Shown: positions 40,875 through 50,693 of the stretch, one piece after another
Layout of the letters: each line of letters starts with the position of its first letter
Numbering within the stretch: position 1 is the first letter of the stretch
Source of the DNA: Promethearchaeota archaeon
Lineage (GTDB): Archaea; Asgardarchaeota; Lokiarchaeia; Sigyniarchaeales; SOKP01
Direction: 5' to 3'
Assembly: GCA_048940445.1 (NCBI GenBank)
Contig: JBHLON010000018.1
Location: 1-64,000 of the forward strand
Length of the DNA stretch: 64,000 nt
The notes under the pieces: generated by a model
The model's database searches: none
What the model saw: the letters and a program-made list of their open reading frames with translations, nothing else
What the model was told of the DNA's origin: nothing
Position numbers and translations under genes: made by a program

Positions 40875-41510
40875 ATTAGTTTTAGAGAAGTTAAACCAAC
40901 AAAGTCAAATCTAATTAATTTAAAAAAGAAATTAGAATTTGCAATTAAAGGGAAGGATTTATTGAATATAAAACGGGAACAGTTGTTATTTTATATAGAA
41001 AAATATTGGAATGAATATATTTCATTAAAAACGCAGTTTTATAATTTATGGATTGATTCTTTCAGAAAATTAAATTTAACCTATAAAGGAATGGGTAAGA
41101 GATATCTCGATCTTATAAGTACATTAAGTAGAATTCAGTATGACTTCAGAATAAATATTAGAGTAATTAAGAATTTAGGCTTGTTAACACCCAAAATAGA
41201 TTACATTTTTGATGAGCATGAAAAATACCCTTCATATGCTTTTGAGAATACAACTCATCAATTAGATGATTTAATCTCTACTTTAAAAGCCGTTATCAAA
41301 AACATTATGAGATTGGCAGAAATCGAAGATTTAATGATGAAATTTGGATTTGATTTAAAAAAGTTAAATCGACGTATAAATGCTCTTGAAAGTAAAATTA
41401 TTCCGGGGATTGAAACAGATATAAAAAAAATTAAGGATGTTTTGGAAGAAAATGAAAGAGAATCATTTTCAAGATTAAAAAGAATAAAAGAATTAATAAA
41501 TAGTAATTAA
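40875..41510 (+). CDS. atpD: A/V-type ATP synthase subunit D (start extended to ATT at 40875)
   Basis: in-frame extension ISFREVKPTKSNLINLKKKLEFAIKGKDLLNIKREQL matches the subunit D N-terminus; RRINALE..IP; EENERE.F.RLK. Confidence 0.9.
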   Translation: MSFREVKPTKSNLINLKKKLEFAIKGKDLLNIKREQLLFYIEKYWNEYISLKTQFYNLWIDSFRKLNLTYKGMGKRYLDLISTLSRIQYDFRINIRVIKNLGLLTPKIDYIFDEHEKYPSYAFENTTHQLDDLISTLKAVIKNIMRLAEIEDLMMKFGFDLKKLNRRINALESKIIPGIETDIKKIKDVLEENERESFSRLKRIKELINSN

Positions 41511-41532
41511 AAAAAGAAAAAAGGCGTCATTA

Positions 41533-43905
41533 TTGACAGATCTGACTCAATTAAGTTTGTTTGAAGTACTTATCAATGATACGTATAAAGAATCACTACT
41601 GAATTATCTCGCAACAGTAAAAAATGTTCAAATAAGAGAATTAGATATTAAAAAAGAAAAGAAAGAACAAGAAATTTCTATAATTGAAAAAATAAAAAAA
41701 TTACGAACTAACCTAATCTCGTTATTTAACAAGTTAGAAATTGAAGAAATCAACTTAGAACCAGAAAAAAGAATAGATTTTAGAGTAACTTCATTGTACA
41801 ATTTAATCGGATATCTTTCAGATGAAGTAAAATATTTTGATAATAGATTAGCTGAATTAAATGAATATCAAACAAACGCTCAAATAGAACTAGAAAATCT
41901 AAATATTTTGAGAGGAGTTTATAAATTTCTTGAAAAATATGGGATTAATCGTGAAAACATACAAATTTTTAATTTTTTTCAGTTTAAGGTGTTTACGACA
42001 TTCAGTAAAAATATTCCCAATTTAGAATTAGCATTAGATACACTACCTTTTCCAACCATATATCAAACAGAAGATGTTGGAGAAGACAACGTGGCATTTT
42101 TCCTAATTTACCCTAAAAATCAAGAAGAAGCTATTTTTAAGGAATTAAAACTTATACATGCAAATGAAATTTCATTATTAAAAAAATATATAACTAATCA
42201 GGGCATTAATTTTACAAGATTAGAAAAAGAAATTGTCTTGATTTCAAAAAACATCTCACGACTACAAAATGAAAAGAATTCAATTAGAGACAATAATTTA
42301 TTGAAATTTTTTGCTTTCAAAGAAACCATGGAAAATATTGAGCTATATAATTGGAGTGAAAGACAGTTTCTAAAAACATCTTCTAATAATTCACTTCTTA
42401 CATTCTATATTCCCAGTTCTTATACCAAGCAAGTTAGAGAAGAATTGTCGAGAATCTTTAAAGATAAAATCAAAATGGATATTATAGAAATTACAAAGAG
42501 AGTTATGAAAATAGAGGAGGAACCGAAAAAGGAAACAGAAGAAACACATGAAATTGATCAGAGAGAACTTGATATTGCTGAGAGGTTTGTTGATACAAAA
42601 AATTTAAAAAATAAAGCTCCTACGGTTATGAAGCACAAGAGAAAATATATTAGACATTTTGAAGTTCTAACAAAAATGTATGGTGTCCCTGCCTATGCAG
42701 AAATTGACCCTACAATTTTTGTGGCTATCAGTTTCCCAATATTATTTGGTATTATGTTTGGTGATATTGGTCAAGGATTAGCTTTACTAATTGTTGGTTT
42801 AATTGGTGCGAGAATATATAAAAATAAAAAGGAAACTAGATATCACTTTAGCTATATTATTGCCTATTGTGGGATTGGAGCAACTCTAGCAGGTTTAGCA
42901 TATGGTGAATGGTTTGGAGGACATGATATATTTGGATTTACTTTAATTCCTTTATTGATTAATCCTTTAGATAATATATTTTTGATATTCATATTCGCAC
43001 TTTTTGTAGGGATTGTTCAAATTTGCCTAGGATGGTTTATTCAATTTATAAATTATTGGAAACAACATAAAAGATACCTTGCGGTCACCGATTCATTATT
43101 TAAAATTTGGATATTAGTTGCTGCAGGACTTCTGACCAGAATATTATATTTTGATTTTAGTATTGATATTTTTGCGTGGATAGCACCTCCATATCCCATC
43201 TTCTGGTATTTACTTATTCCCATAATTTTATTATTAGTATCAAAACCTTTGGGTAGGCTTCTGAAGATTTCTTATCTAAAACATGAATCATACAAATCCT
43301 TAATGACTGAAGGAACCATGGAAGCATTTGAATTAGTATTATCTACTTTAAGTAATGTCGCATCATATGCAAGGTTGTTAGCTTTGGAAATGGCTCATAT
43401 TGGTTTAATGCTAACTTTTACAGATTTGATTGCATTGATAACTGAACCTGAGTATATATCAAATCTTATCTTAGGTGCAGTCATAGGAGGTGTTGTCGTG
43501 GGAATAATTGGGTTTATAATTATTAAACGTTATAGAATACTCGGTGTTATTATAGGGATACCTTTAGGAATTTTGTTGGGAATTTTTCTAGGAGGTTATC
43601 ACCTTTCAGTGACAGTTGCGTTGATTGGAAGTAATGTTTCTGTAATTGTGCTAGAAGGATTATTAGTATTTATCCATGATCTGAGATTACATTTCTATGA
43701 ATTTTTCTCAAAATTCTATCAAGGATCTGGGATTGAATTTAAATCTTTTATGATGAGCGAAGAGTATTCAAAAATCTATTTTGAAGTAACAGAAAAAGAA
43801 GATAAGATTTCTGAAGAGTTAGAAAAGTTAATCAATCCGCAAGATAAAAAAGACCTTGACAAAGCAAGATCAAAAGTTATTTCAAAATTCATTAAAGAGA
43901 CTTAA
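41533..43905 (+). CDS. atpI: A/V-type ATP synthase subunit I (a)
   Basis: YGVPAYAEIDPT, FGIMFGDIGQG, SYARL (essential Arg), LRLHFYEFFSKFY.G.G. Confidence 0.95.
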   Translation: MTDLTQLSLFEVLINDTYKESLLNYLATVKNVQIRELDIKKEKKEQEISIIEKIKKLRTNLISLFNKLEIEEINLEPEKRIDFRVTSLYNLIGYLSDEVKYFDNRLAELNEYQTNAQIELENLNILRGVYKFLEKYGINRENIQIFNFFQFKVFTTFSKNIPNLELALDTLPFPTIYQTEDVGEDNVAFFLIYPKNQEEAIFKELKLIHANEISLLKKYITNQGINFTRLEKEIVLISKNISRLQNEKNSIRDNNLLKFFAFKETMENIELYNWSERQFLKTSSNNSLLTFYIPSSYTKQVREELSRIFKDKIKMDIIEITKRVMKIEEEPKKETEETHEIDQRELDIAERFVDTKNLKNKAPTVMKHKRKYIRHFEVLTKMYGVPAYAEIDPTIFVAISFPILFGIMFGDIGQGLALLIVGLIGARIYKNKKETRYHFSYIIAYCGIGATLAGLAYGEWFGGHDIFGFTLIPLLINPLDNIFLIFIFALFVGIVQICLGWFIQFINYWKQHKRYLAVTDSLFKIWILVAAGLLTRILYFDFSIDIFAWIAPPYPIFWYLLIPIILLLVSKPLGRLLKISYLKHESYKSLMTEGTMEAFELVLSTLSNVASYARLLALEMAHIGLMLTFTDLIALITEPEYISNLILGAVIGGVVVGIIGFIIIKRYRILGVIIGIPLGILLGIFLGGYHLSVTVALIGSNVSVIVLEGLLVFIHDLRLHFYEFFSKFYQGSGIEFKSFMMSEEYSKIYFEVTEKEDKISEELEKLINPQDKKDLDKARSKVISKFIKET

Positions 43906-43908
43906 ACA

Positions 43909-44349
43909 ATGGAACAGTCAGAGAATAAAACGTCTAAGAAAAAATCTCATGCAGGAATAAGGCTTTTGTTATTAATAATCTATGTCATTTTATTATTTGT
44001 GATTTATCAATTCTTTATAATAACTGAACATAATTTACTGGTTGGAATACTATTAAGTATTTTCTCATTCCTAATTTTTGTAGGTCCTATTTTTCAATAT
44101 CAGAAAACAAAAAGGATGTATCAACGATTATTCCCCGATAAAAATAAAAGAATAAAAGAAAAATATGATAAGAAGCGATTAGAAGAAAAAAAGAAAAAAG
44201 ACTTTGAATTTTATAAAAAGAAAATACCAATGCCAATTGATCTTGAGTACAATTACAAGAAATCGCTGATCCAGAAATGTCTTAATTGTGGAACTATTGT
44301 ACCTAGTTTTGTGAAGAAATGTCCTAATTGTGGAGCATCTCTTGAATAA
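43909..44349 (+). CDS. two-TM membrane protein with C-terminal zinc ribbon
   Basis: two hydrophobic helices, basic linker, CLNC...CPNC; 3-bp gap after atpI. Confidence 0.75.
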   Translation: MEQSENKTSKKKSHAGIRLLLLIIYVILLFVIYQFFIITEHNLLVGILLSIFSFLIFVGPIFQYQKTKRMYQRLFPDKNKRIKEKYDKKRLEEKKKKDFEFYKKKIPMPIDLEYNYKKSLIQKCLNCGTIVPSFVKKCPNCGASLE

Positions 44350-44386
44350 AATAATTTTTTAATATGGTAATTGAAGGAAAGAAAAA

Positions 44387-46207
44387 ATGACAATGGGATT
44401 AGAAATATCTAATGCTGAAGGTGTTATAACAGGTATAAATGGTACTCTACTTGAAGTTAAAGGATTGGAGGATAATGTGAGATTACATGATTTGGTAAAG
44501 ATTTCTAAACAAAATCTTTTAGGAGAAATCATTCAAATCTATAAAACTTATACTATAATCCAGTCTTTTGAAAGTACCTTAAATTTAAAGTTAGGTCAAA
44601 AAGTTACTTGTTTAAATGAACCCTTATCAATGGAGCTCGGTCCAGGTTTATTAGGAAGTACTTTTGATGGCATACAAAGACCATTAGAAATTACTTTTAA
44701 AGTAAATAAAGAAGGAAAATTGGAAAGGGGTATATATTTTGAACCTTTATCAAGAGAAAAGAAATGGCACTTTATTCCTTGCAAGAAAATAGGTAATATA
44801 GTTGAAGAAGGAGATGTTGTTGGCTCGGTACAGGAAACAGCATTAATCGAGCATAGAATCATGTTACCTCCGGGATACAATGGTGTCTTATCCTTTATCG
44901 TAGATGAAGGGGATTATACCATTATCGATGAAATCTACAAAATAAAAAATGAAAATACAGAAAAATCATTTAGTATGATGCAAAAATGGAAAATTACAAA
45001 AACAAGACCGAGTGCAGAGCTTAAAAGACCAAATATTCCATTAATAACAGGAATAAGAATTATTGACTTACTATTTCCAATAGCGAAAGGAGGTACAATA
45101 GCTATTCCAGGAGGATTTGGAACTGGTAAAACTGTGATACAGCAGTGTTTAGCAAAATATTGTGATGCTGATATTATTATTTATATCGGATGTGGTGAAC
45201 CTGGAAATGAGATTGCAAACGTATTGAAACAATTTACCGAAACAATCGATCCTAATAGTGGGAGACCGATAATGGATAGAATTGTTTTAGTGGTAAATAC
45301 TTCTAATATGCCCGGTTCCTCACGGGAAGCAAGTTTATTTTCTGGAGTAACAATCGCAGAATATTATAGAGACATGGGATATGATGTTGTTGTATTAACT
45401 GATAGTATCTCCCGTTGGGCGGAATCATTGCGGGAATTATCTGGTTTATTAGAAGAGATGCCCGCAGAAGAAGGATATCCTGGTTATTTACCCTCTAAGT
45501 TATCCAGCTTTTTTGAAAGAGCTGGTCTTATAAAAGCATTAGGTAAAGATAAGAGGGACAATGAAAAATTTGGATCTATTTCTATCATTGGTACAATTTC
45601 ACCTCCAGGGGGAGATTTTAGCGAACCAGTTACTTCAGCTGCAAAACGGGTAGTCCAAGGAGTATGGGCTTTAGATCAAAGACTTGCATATCTAAAACAC
45701 TTTCCAGCCATTAATTGGTTGCAATCTTATTCAAATTACCCTGAATATATTAAAAAGTGGTGGAAAAAAATAGATATTGATTGGCCAGAAATAAAATTAG
45801 ATTGGGTAGGTTGCCGTAATCAACTCAATGAGATCCTATCTCAAGAGAGTAACATTCAAAATATTACGCAACTGCTAGGAGAAGGGGGAATACCACCAGA
45901 ACAGAGATTAGAGATAATTATGAACAAAATCATTACAAATGGGTTTTTAATTCAAAATGCATTTGATGAGATTGATGTGTTTACTTCTCCAGAGAAACTG
46001 CTGAGTTTAATCAAACTGTTCCTATTATTTTATAAAGAAGGAAAAAACCGGATTAATAAAGGTTTAGTTATTAACGCTTGGAAATCTGAGCAAGTCATAA
46101 GTGAAATGATTAAGTTAAGGTATTCTATTCCAAACGAAAATTATTCCGAAATAGATTCAATTAAAACCAGAATGATAAACCAATATTTGGATTTGATGTT
46201 TATATAA
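44387..46207 (+). CDS. atpA: second A/V-type ATPase subunit A paralogue with altered catalytic motif
   Basis: colinear with 37677..39479; GGFGTGKT retained; GCGEPGNE in place of GCGERGNE. Confidence 0.93.
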   Translation: MTMGLEISNAEGVITGINGTLLEVKGLEDNVRLHDLVKISKQNLLGEIIQIYKTYTIIQSFESTLNLKLGQKVTCLNEPLSMELGPGLLGSTFDGIQRPLEITFKVNKEGKLERGIYFEPLSREKKWHFIPCKKIGNIVEEGDVVGSVQETALIEHRIMLPPGYNGVLSFIVDEGDYTIIDEIYKIKNENTEKSFSMMQKWKITKTRPSAELKRPNIPLITGIRIIDLLFPIAKGGTIAIPGGFGTGKTVIQQCLAKYCDADIIIYIGCGEPGNEIANVLKQFTETIDPNSGRPIMDRIVLVVNTSNMPGSSREASLFSGVTIAEYYRDMGYDVVVLTDSISRWAESLRELSGLLEEMPAEEGYPGYLPSKLSSFFERAGLIKALGKDKRDNEKFGSISIIGTISPPGGDFSEPVTSAAKRVVQGVWALDQRLAYLKHFPAINWLQSYSNYPEYIKKWWKKIDIDWPEIKLDWVGCRNQLNEILSQESNIQNITQLLGEGGIPPEQRLEIIMNKIITNGFLIQNAFDEIDVFTSPEKLLSLIKLFLLFYKEGKNRINKGLVINAWKSEQVISEMIKLRYSIPNENYSEIDSIKTRMINQYLDLMFI

Positions 46208-46477
46208 AAATCTTAAAAAAATGTTTTAATTTTATTAAATCTTTAAAGATAAAGAAAAATAGAATATTTTATGTTAAATTCTGCTTAATTTTATTGATGC
46301 AACGAAATTTCTATTAATTTTCTAATAAAAAGTTGTAAGATTCGCATCTATTTTAATGTAGGTTTAATTAAATAAACGGGTATATATCATAATTTTAAAC
46401 AATAATGAAAAAATATTAATGTAAGGCTTTTTTAATAACTGTAAAGAGTATATTATTTATACTAATTTTTGATCTAG

Positions 46478-47962
46478 ATGATACTTCAAGGTCTTTTTAA
46501 TATTTTAGAACTTTATTCAGATCAAGAAGATTTTTTTTATGAAAATATTGATAACTATTTTCGGAATCTATTAAACCACAATTTTAAAAGTTTTTCAGGC
46601 AAATATGAAGATCTCTTGAGAATTACAGAGGAAATTGTAAAAAAATTCAAAACTGAAATTGTAAAATTAGGTTTTGATAAAGATGAAATTGATAATAAAT
46701 TCTCTGGTCGGTTTTTGAATTTTACTAAAGCAGACTTAGAGGAATTAACAACAATTGAAAAACTCTACAGAAAAGTAATCGCTCCGATTGTTTATGAAAT
46801 TTTTTTAGAAGTAATTTTATATTATATCGCTGATTTAGAGGTTGAATCATTAATTTTAAATCTAAAATCCAAAGGATTTCTCCCCATTGAATTTATCTTA
46901 GAACTCGGTAATTTAAAGAAACTTTATTCACAAACTCCTGAAAAATTAGAAAATCTCCGGAAATATATTAAAGTCAAGGATGAAATTATTGCTAAATTTA
47001 GGAGTAATAAAACTAAAATAGAGACCTTGGAGAATATTAGTGAAGTTCAAGATAAATTACAATTATTATATTTAATTTACAGAATTCTTGATTTTTTCCA
47101 ATTTGTGGGGTTCTTTGATTTTTCGCATTTAAAAAATTATATCGAGGAGAATCAGAATGATTGGTTATATTCTCTCCCAATTGTAACTTTGAAAAATCCA
47201 GATCTTTATTTCTGTGGAATATATTTAGCAAATAGATTTAGTATTCAACTAAAAACTGAAAAAATTAACAATTTTTTAAATGAATTATATGGTGAATTTA
47301 TTGATGAATTTGAAGCCCCTATAGCCGAAGCAACCACTAAATTATATTATTTCTTTAAATCAACAGAAATAATGGGTTTCTGGTTGCCGATAGATAAACT
47401 TGCTCCTTTAATACATCGTGATGAGAAATTTTTCAATTCTAATTATCTTAAAGATTGTGAGACCTCTCAGTTAGCTGTTATTGTTAAGATACTTTATGTT
47501 CTTAACATTCAGAATAAAATCGAGCCTTCAATTTTAAAGAGTTTAATCGAAGAGATTGAGCAAAGAGTCACTCCAGAAGGAATCAAGCATCATAGAGATG
47601 GGTTTGTATCCTCAGAGTCAACATATTATGTTATTTTCTTAAATTATATGAGAAACACTTTAGATAATTTAAAGGACTACGATCTTTTAGACTCGATTAT
47701 CACTAGAATTTATAGAAACTTAGAACTCATAAATTTTTCAAGTGAAACTAACCATGATCTAGTAAGTGAAATCTTTTATTCTGTTGAAAGTTTAAAATTG
47801 TTCAATTGCATTGAAACAAAAGAAATGATTACTCACCTAGTAAAATATTTATTCCCACAAGAAGTTGTAGATAAAATAGTAAACAGCGAAAAAATAACGG
47901 AAACAGAGGCAAGGTTCAAACATTTGAAAGTCAATCGAATTTCTGGTGAAACTGTATATTAA
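46478..47962 (+). CDS. hypothetical all-helical protein
   Basis: 494-aa ORF; C-terminal half may be an alpha-alpha toroid, not established. Confidence 0.7.
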   Translation: MILQGLFNILELYSDQEDFFYENIDNYFRNLLNHNFKSFSGKYEDLLRITEEIVKKFKTEIVKLGFDKDEIDNKFSGRFLNFTKADLEELTTIEKLYRKVIAPIVYEIFLEVILYYIADLEVESLILNLKSKGFLPIEFILELGNLKKLYSQTPEKLENLRKYIKVKDEIIAKFRSNKTKIETLENISEVQDKLQLLYLIYRILDFFQFVGFFDFSHLKNYIEENQNDWLYSLPIVTLKNPDLYFCGIYLANRFSIQLKTEKINNFLNELYGEFIDEFEAPIAEATTKLYYFFKSTEIMGFWLPIDKLAPLIHRDEKFFNSNYLKDCETSQLAVIVKILYVLNIQNKIEPSILKSLIEEIEQRVTPEGIKHHRDGFVSSESTYYVIFLNYMRNTLDNLKDYDLLDSIITRIYRNLELINFSSETNHDLVSEIFYSVESLKLFNCIETKEMITHLVKYLFPQEVVDKIVNSEKITETEARFKHLKVNRISGETVY

Positions 47963-48243
47963 ATGAAAATTTGACTATTTTTAATAAATTTAGTGTAAAT
48001 TTACAACCTATATATCACAATAAGTTTAAAAGCAAGTAGAAATTTATTGATAAATCAAAAAACTTATCAAAACATGCTCAAAAGTCTTATTAAATAATAA
48101 GATTGAAAAAACTGCGTAAAATTTTTCTTTTCATTTATAGAAGAAGGCTATTCGGAACGATATTTTAATAATAAAATGATCGATATTTTAGAGAAGAATA
48201 AACTTGGATTATATTTTCATCATTAAGCAAAATGTTTAAGTTT

Positions 48244-48897
48244 TTATTGATAGAGTAAAATCCGAATAAGATCTGCAAGATCATGTATACGATCTGCAAG
48301 TTGTTCTAGCAAAACAACACTGTCTCTTAACCTTAATAATAACCTTATATCTAATTGCTCATTAGAAGTAGAATAAAGGTAATCCAGAAATTGTCTGTAA
48401 TTTGTATCTATATCATTTTCCATCTCATGAATCTTTACGGTGTTTTCGTATACTTTATCTCTAGCATCTCTAAGATTTTTTATCGTTTGCTTTAAAATAT
48501 CTGCCATTTCCATTATTTGATTTATTAACTTATAATAACGCTTCTTAATTTCACTAAATTTATTAGCTTTTAGATCAATTTTATCTAGCATATCAACAAA
48601 TTCAAGAGGGTAATTAAGAACGTTATCCATTCTTAATATAAAGGCTACATATTCTCCTAAACCTTGAGTTCCAGCTTCAGAGAAGTTTTGTATTAACTTA
48701 ATCTTATATTCATCTGCTTCCTCTTCAGAGATTTGCATTTTACTCTTTTTTTTTTGAAGACTATCTTTATTTTTTTCATAATCTTCTGCCCAGGCACTAT
48801 AATAAACACCCATATCGCTTAGAACGTCATACATTATTCTTGAATGTTCCACGAGTAAACTAATAATTTCTTCTTTCGTCTTACTATTCAAAGACAT
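48244..48897 (-). CDS. DUF47 / PhoU-like phosphate transport regulator
   Basis: EEEADEYK, IHEMENDID, LEQLADRIHD. Confidence 0.82.
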   Translation of the reverse strand: MSLNSKTKEEIISLLVEHSRIMYDVLSDMGVYYSAWAEDYEKNKDSLQKKKSKMQISEEEADEYKIKLIQNFSEAGTQGLGEYVAFILRMDNVLNYPLEFVDMLDKIDLKANKFSEIKKRYYKLINQIMEMADILKQTIKNLRDARDKVYENTVKIHEMENDIDTNYRQFLDYLYSTSNEQLDIRLLLRLRDSVVLLEQLADRIHDLADLIRILLYQ

Positions 48898-49002
48898 TTT
48901 TTTCTTTCACTAAATTTTTAATAATCTAAGAATATTATATGATTAGATCAATAAAAATCATAAGATTTTAGTGTAATTTAATAATCATCTTTTAGAGATT
49001 AC

Positions 49003-49049
49003 TAGTACAGCAAATAATATGACCCAATGTCTCAATATTACTGCTACTA
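49003..49049. other. bulged hairpin / imperfect inverted repeat in a divergent promoter region
   Basis: minus strand TAGTA-GCAG-TAATAT-tga-GAC-attgg-GTC-ATATTA-t-TTGC-tg-TACTA. Confidence 0.35.
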
Positions 49050-49106
49050 AACGTAAAGTTTTTACTTCTAGGTTAATTTATCCAGCATAGGTGTATCATA
49101 AACACA

Positions 49107-49880
49107 ATGCAAAGAGAGTCAAGATTTGAAAAATGGCGAAAGTATTCCCAAATGTCTGACTTGGGGATTATTACCCGTCGTAAATTTTTCAATAATTGTT
49201 TTGATGGAGCTTTAACTTGTGCTGGAATAGTAAGCGGAATGTTTATGATTTTTTTATTCGGAAATAGTACGTCAAACACTCCTTCAACTATAATAATAAC
49301 TGGTTTTGCAACTGCTTTAGCAATAGGTATTAGCGGTTTGTGGGGAGCCTTTCTTTCAGAAGATGCAGAAAGAAAGAAAAAGATTATCGATTTAAAGAGG
49401 GATATGGTTATTATAGAAGAAGACTTAGATGAATATAGTGATGATGAGCTCGAAAAAATTGAGTTAGCAAAAAAGATTCTTGAAGAGAAAGAAATCCAGA
49501 GAGCCATGGTAATCCCTGTGAAAATAAAAGGATCAAGAAAGAAAAGAAACTTATTAATTCCGATTAAGAAAAAAGAAAAAAATGAGAAAAATAATAAAAC
49601 AATGATAGAACATGCAGAACGATTTGCAACAATTGTTGCCTCTTTAGTAGATGGGGGTGCTCCAGTCCTAGGTTCATCACTTCCTTTAATTCCCTTTTTC
49701 TTCGGAGCAATTTTAACAATATATCATTTTATCTTTTCTTATATAATTTTAACAGGTTTACTAATTTATTTAGGTATTTTTCTTGGAAATATATCGGGAG
49801 GAGGGCGTATAAAATATGCCTTGCACTTGGTTACAGCGGGGATAGTCACATTATTGGTCTCACTATTATTAGGAATTTAA
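49107..49880 (+). CDS. VIT1/CCC1-family transporter-like membrane protein
   Basis: RRKFFNNCFDG, ISGLWGAFLSEDAE, DGGAP...PLIPF. Confidence 0.82.
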   Translation: MQRESRFEKWRKYSQMSDLGIITRRKFFNNCFDGALTCAGIVSGMFMIFLFGNSTSNTPSTIIITGFATALAIGISGLWGAFLSEDAERKKKIIDLKRDMVIIEEDLDEYSDDELEKIELAKKILEEKEIQRAMVIPVKIKGSRKKRNLLIPIKKKEKNEKNNKTMIEHAERFATIVASLVDGGAPVLGSSLPLIPFFFGAILTIYHFIFSYIILTGLLIYLGIFLGNISGGGRIKYALHLVTAGIVTLLVSLLLGI

Positions 49881-49923
49881 CAATGAAATTGTTGAATAAA
49901 TAACACTTTAAGAAATCTACAAA

Positions 49924-50634
49924 ATGTTTGAAAAGTATAAACTTTATTCAAAAATAACAAAATTAGGAGCAATTGCAAGAAGATATTTTGTAAATAATTT
50001 TTATGATGGGCTTTTAACCGTTCTAGGAATTCTATTAGGATTTTTTGTACTAATTATTAAGGGTTCTGATGTTGCGATTAGTAGTAATATTGTTCTTTTA
50101 ACAGGTTTTGGAACTTCTATTTCTATGCTTATATCAGGAATATCGGGTTCTTATCTATCAGAGAAGGCAGAACAAAGGAAATTGAAATTAGAATTAGATA
50201 AAGCAATGGTAATTGTTGAAGAAGCTCAAGAAGCAGGCAGTCAATTGTCTCAAGAAGAATTAGAAAAAGCCATGTTAAAAGAGATAAATTTAGATGAAAA
50301 TTATGATAATCTACGTGAAAAAAATGAACAAAGCGTGGAAAAGAAAACAGTTCAAGAAAAAGCAAAAAGATTTGCTACGATTTTAGTCGCACTGGTAAAT
50401 GGATTTGCTCCTTTCTTCGGTGGGGTTATTCCACTTATTCCATTCTTTTTTGTTTCTCAAGCGAGTTTTGAACTCTTTATAACTTCTTTCCTTATTATTT
50501 TTGGATCAATAATATTATTAGGAATTTTCTTAGGATTAATATCTCGTGAATCTATTATAAAAAATATTTTGCAAATGCTAATCGCATTTTCATTAACTAT
50601 GGTTATCTCAATTCTTTTTTTAAGTACTGGTTAA
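49924..50634 (+). CDS. VIT1/CCC1-family transporter-like membrane protein (paralogue)
   Basis: RRYFVNNFYDG, ISGISGSYLSEKAE, NGFAP...PLIPF. Confidence 0.82.
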   Translation: MFEKYKLYSKITKLGAIARRYFVNNFYDGLLTVLGILLGFFVLIIKGSDVAISSNIVLLTGFGTSISMLISGISGSYLSEKAEQRKLKLELDKAMVIVEEAQEAGSQLSQEELEKAMLKEINLDENYDNLREKNEQSVEKKTVQEKAKRFATILVALVNGFAPFFGGVIPLIPFFFVSQASFELFITSFLIIFGSIILLGIFLGLISRESIIKNILQMLIAFSLTMVISILFLSTG

Positions 50635-50693
50635 TACTGGTAATTAAAGGATAAATTTAATATTCCTTCATAAATTTTTAAAGTAAAATATAA

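Noticed and set aside
46478-47962. Prenyltransferase/terpene-cyclase assignment
   Set aside because: Only a vague helical-repeat resemblance; no QW or DxDD motifs.
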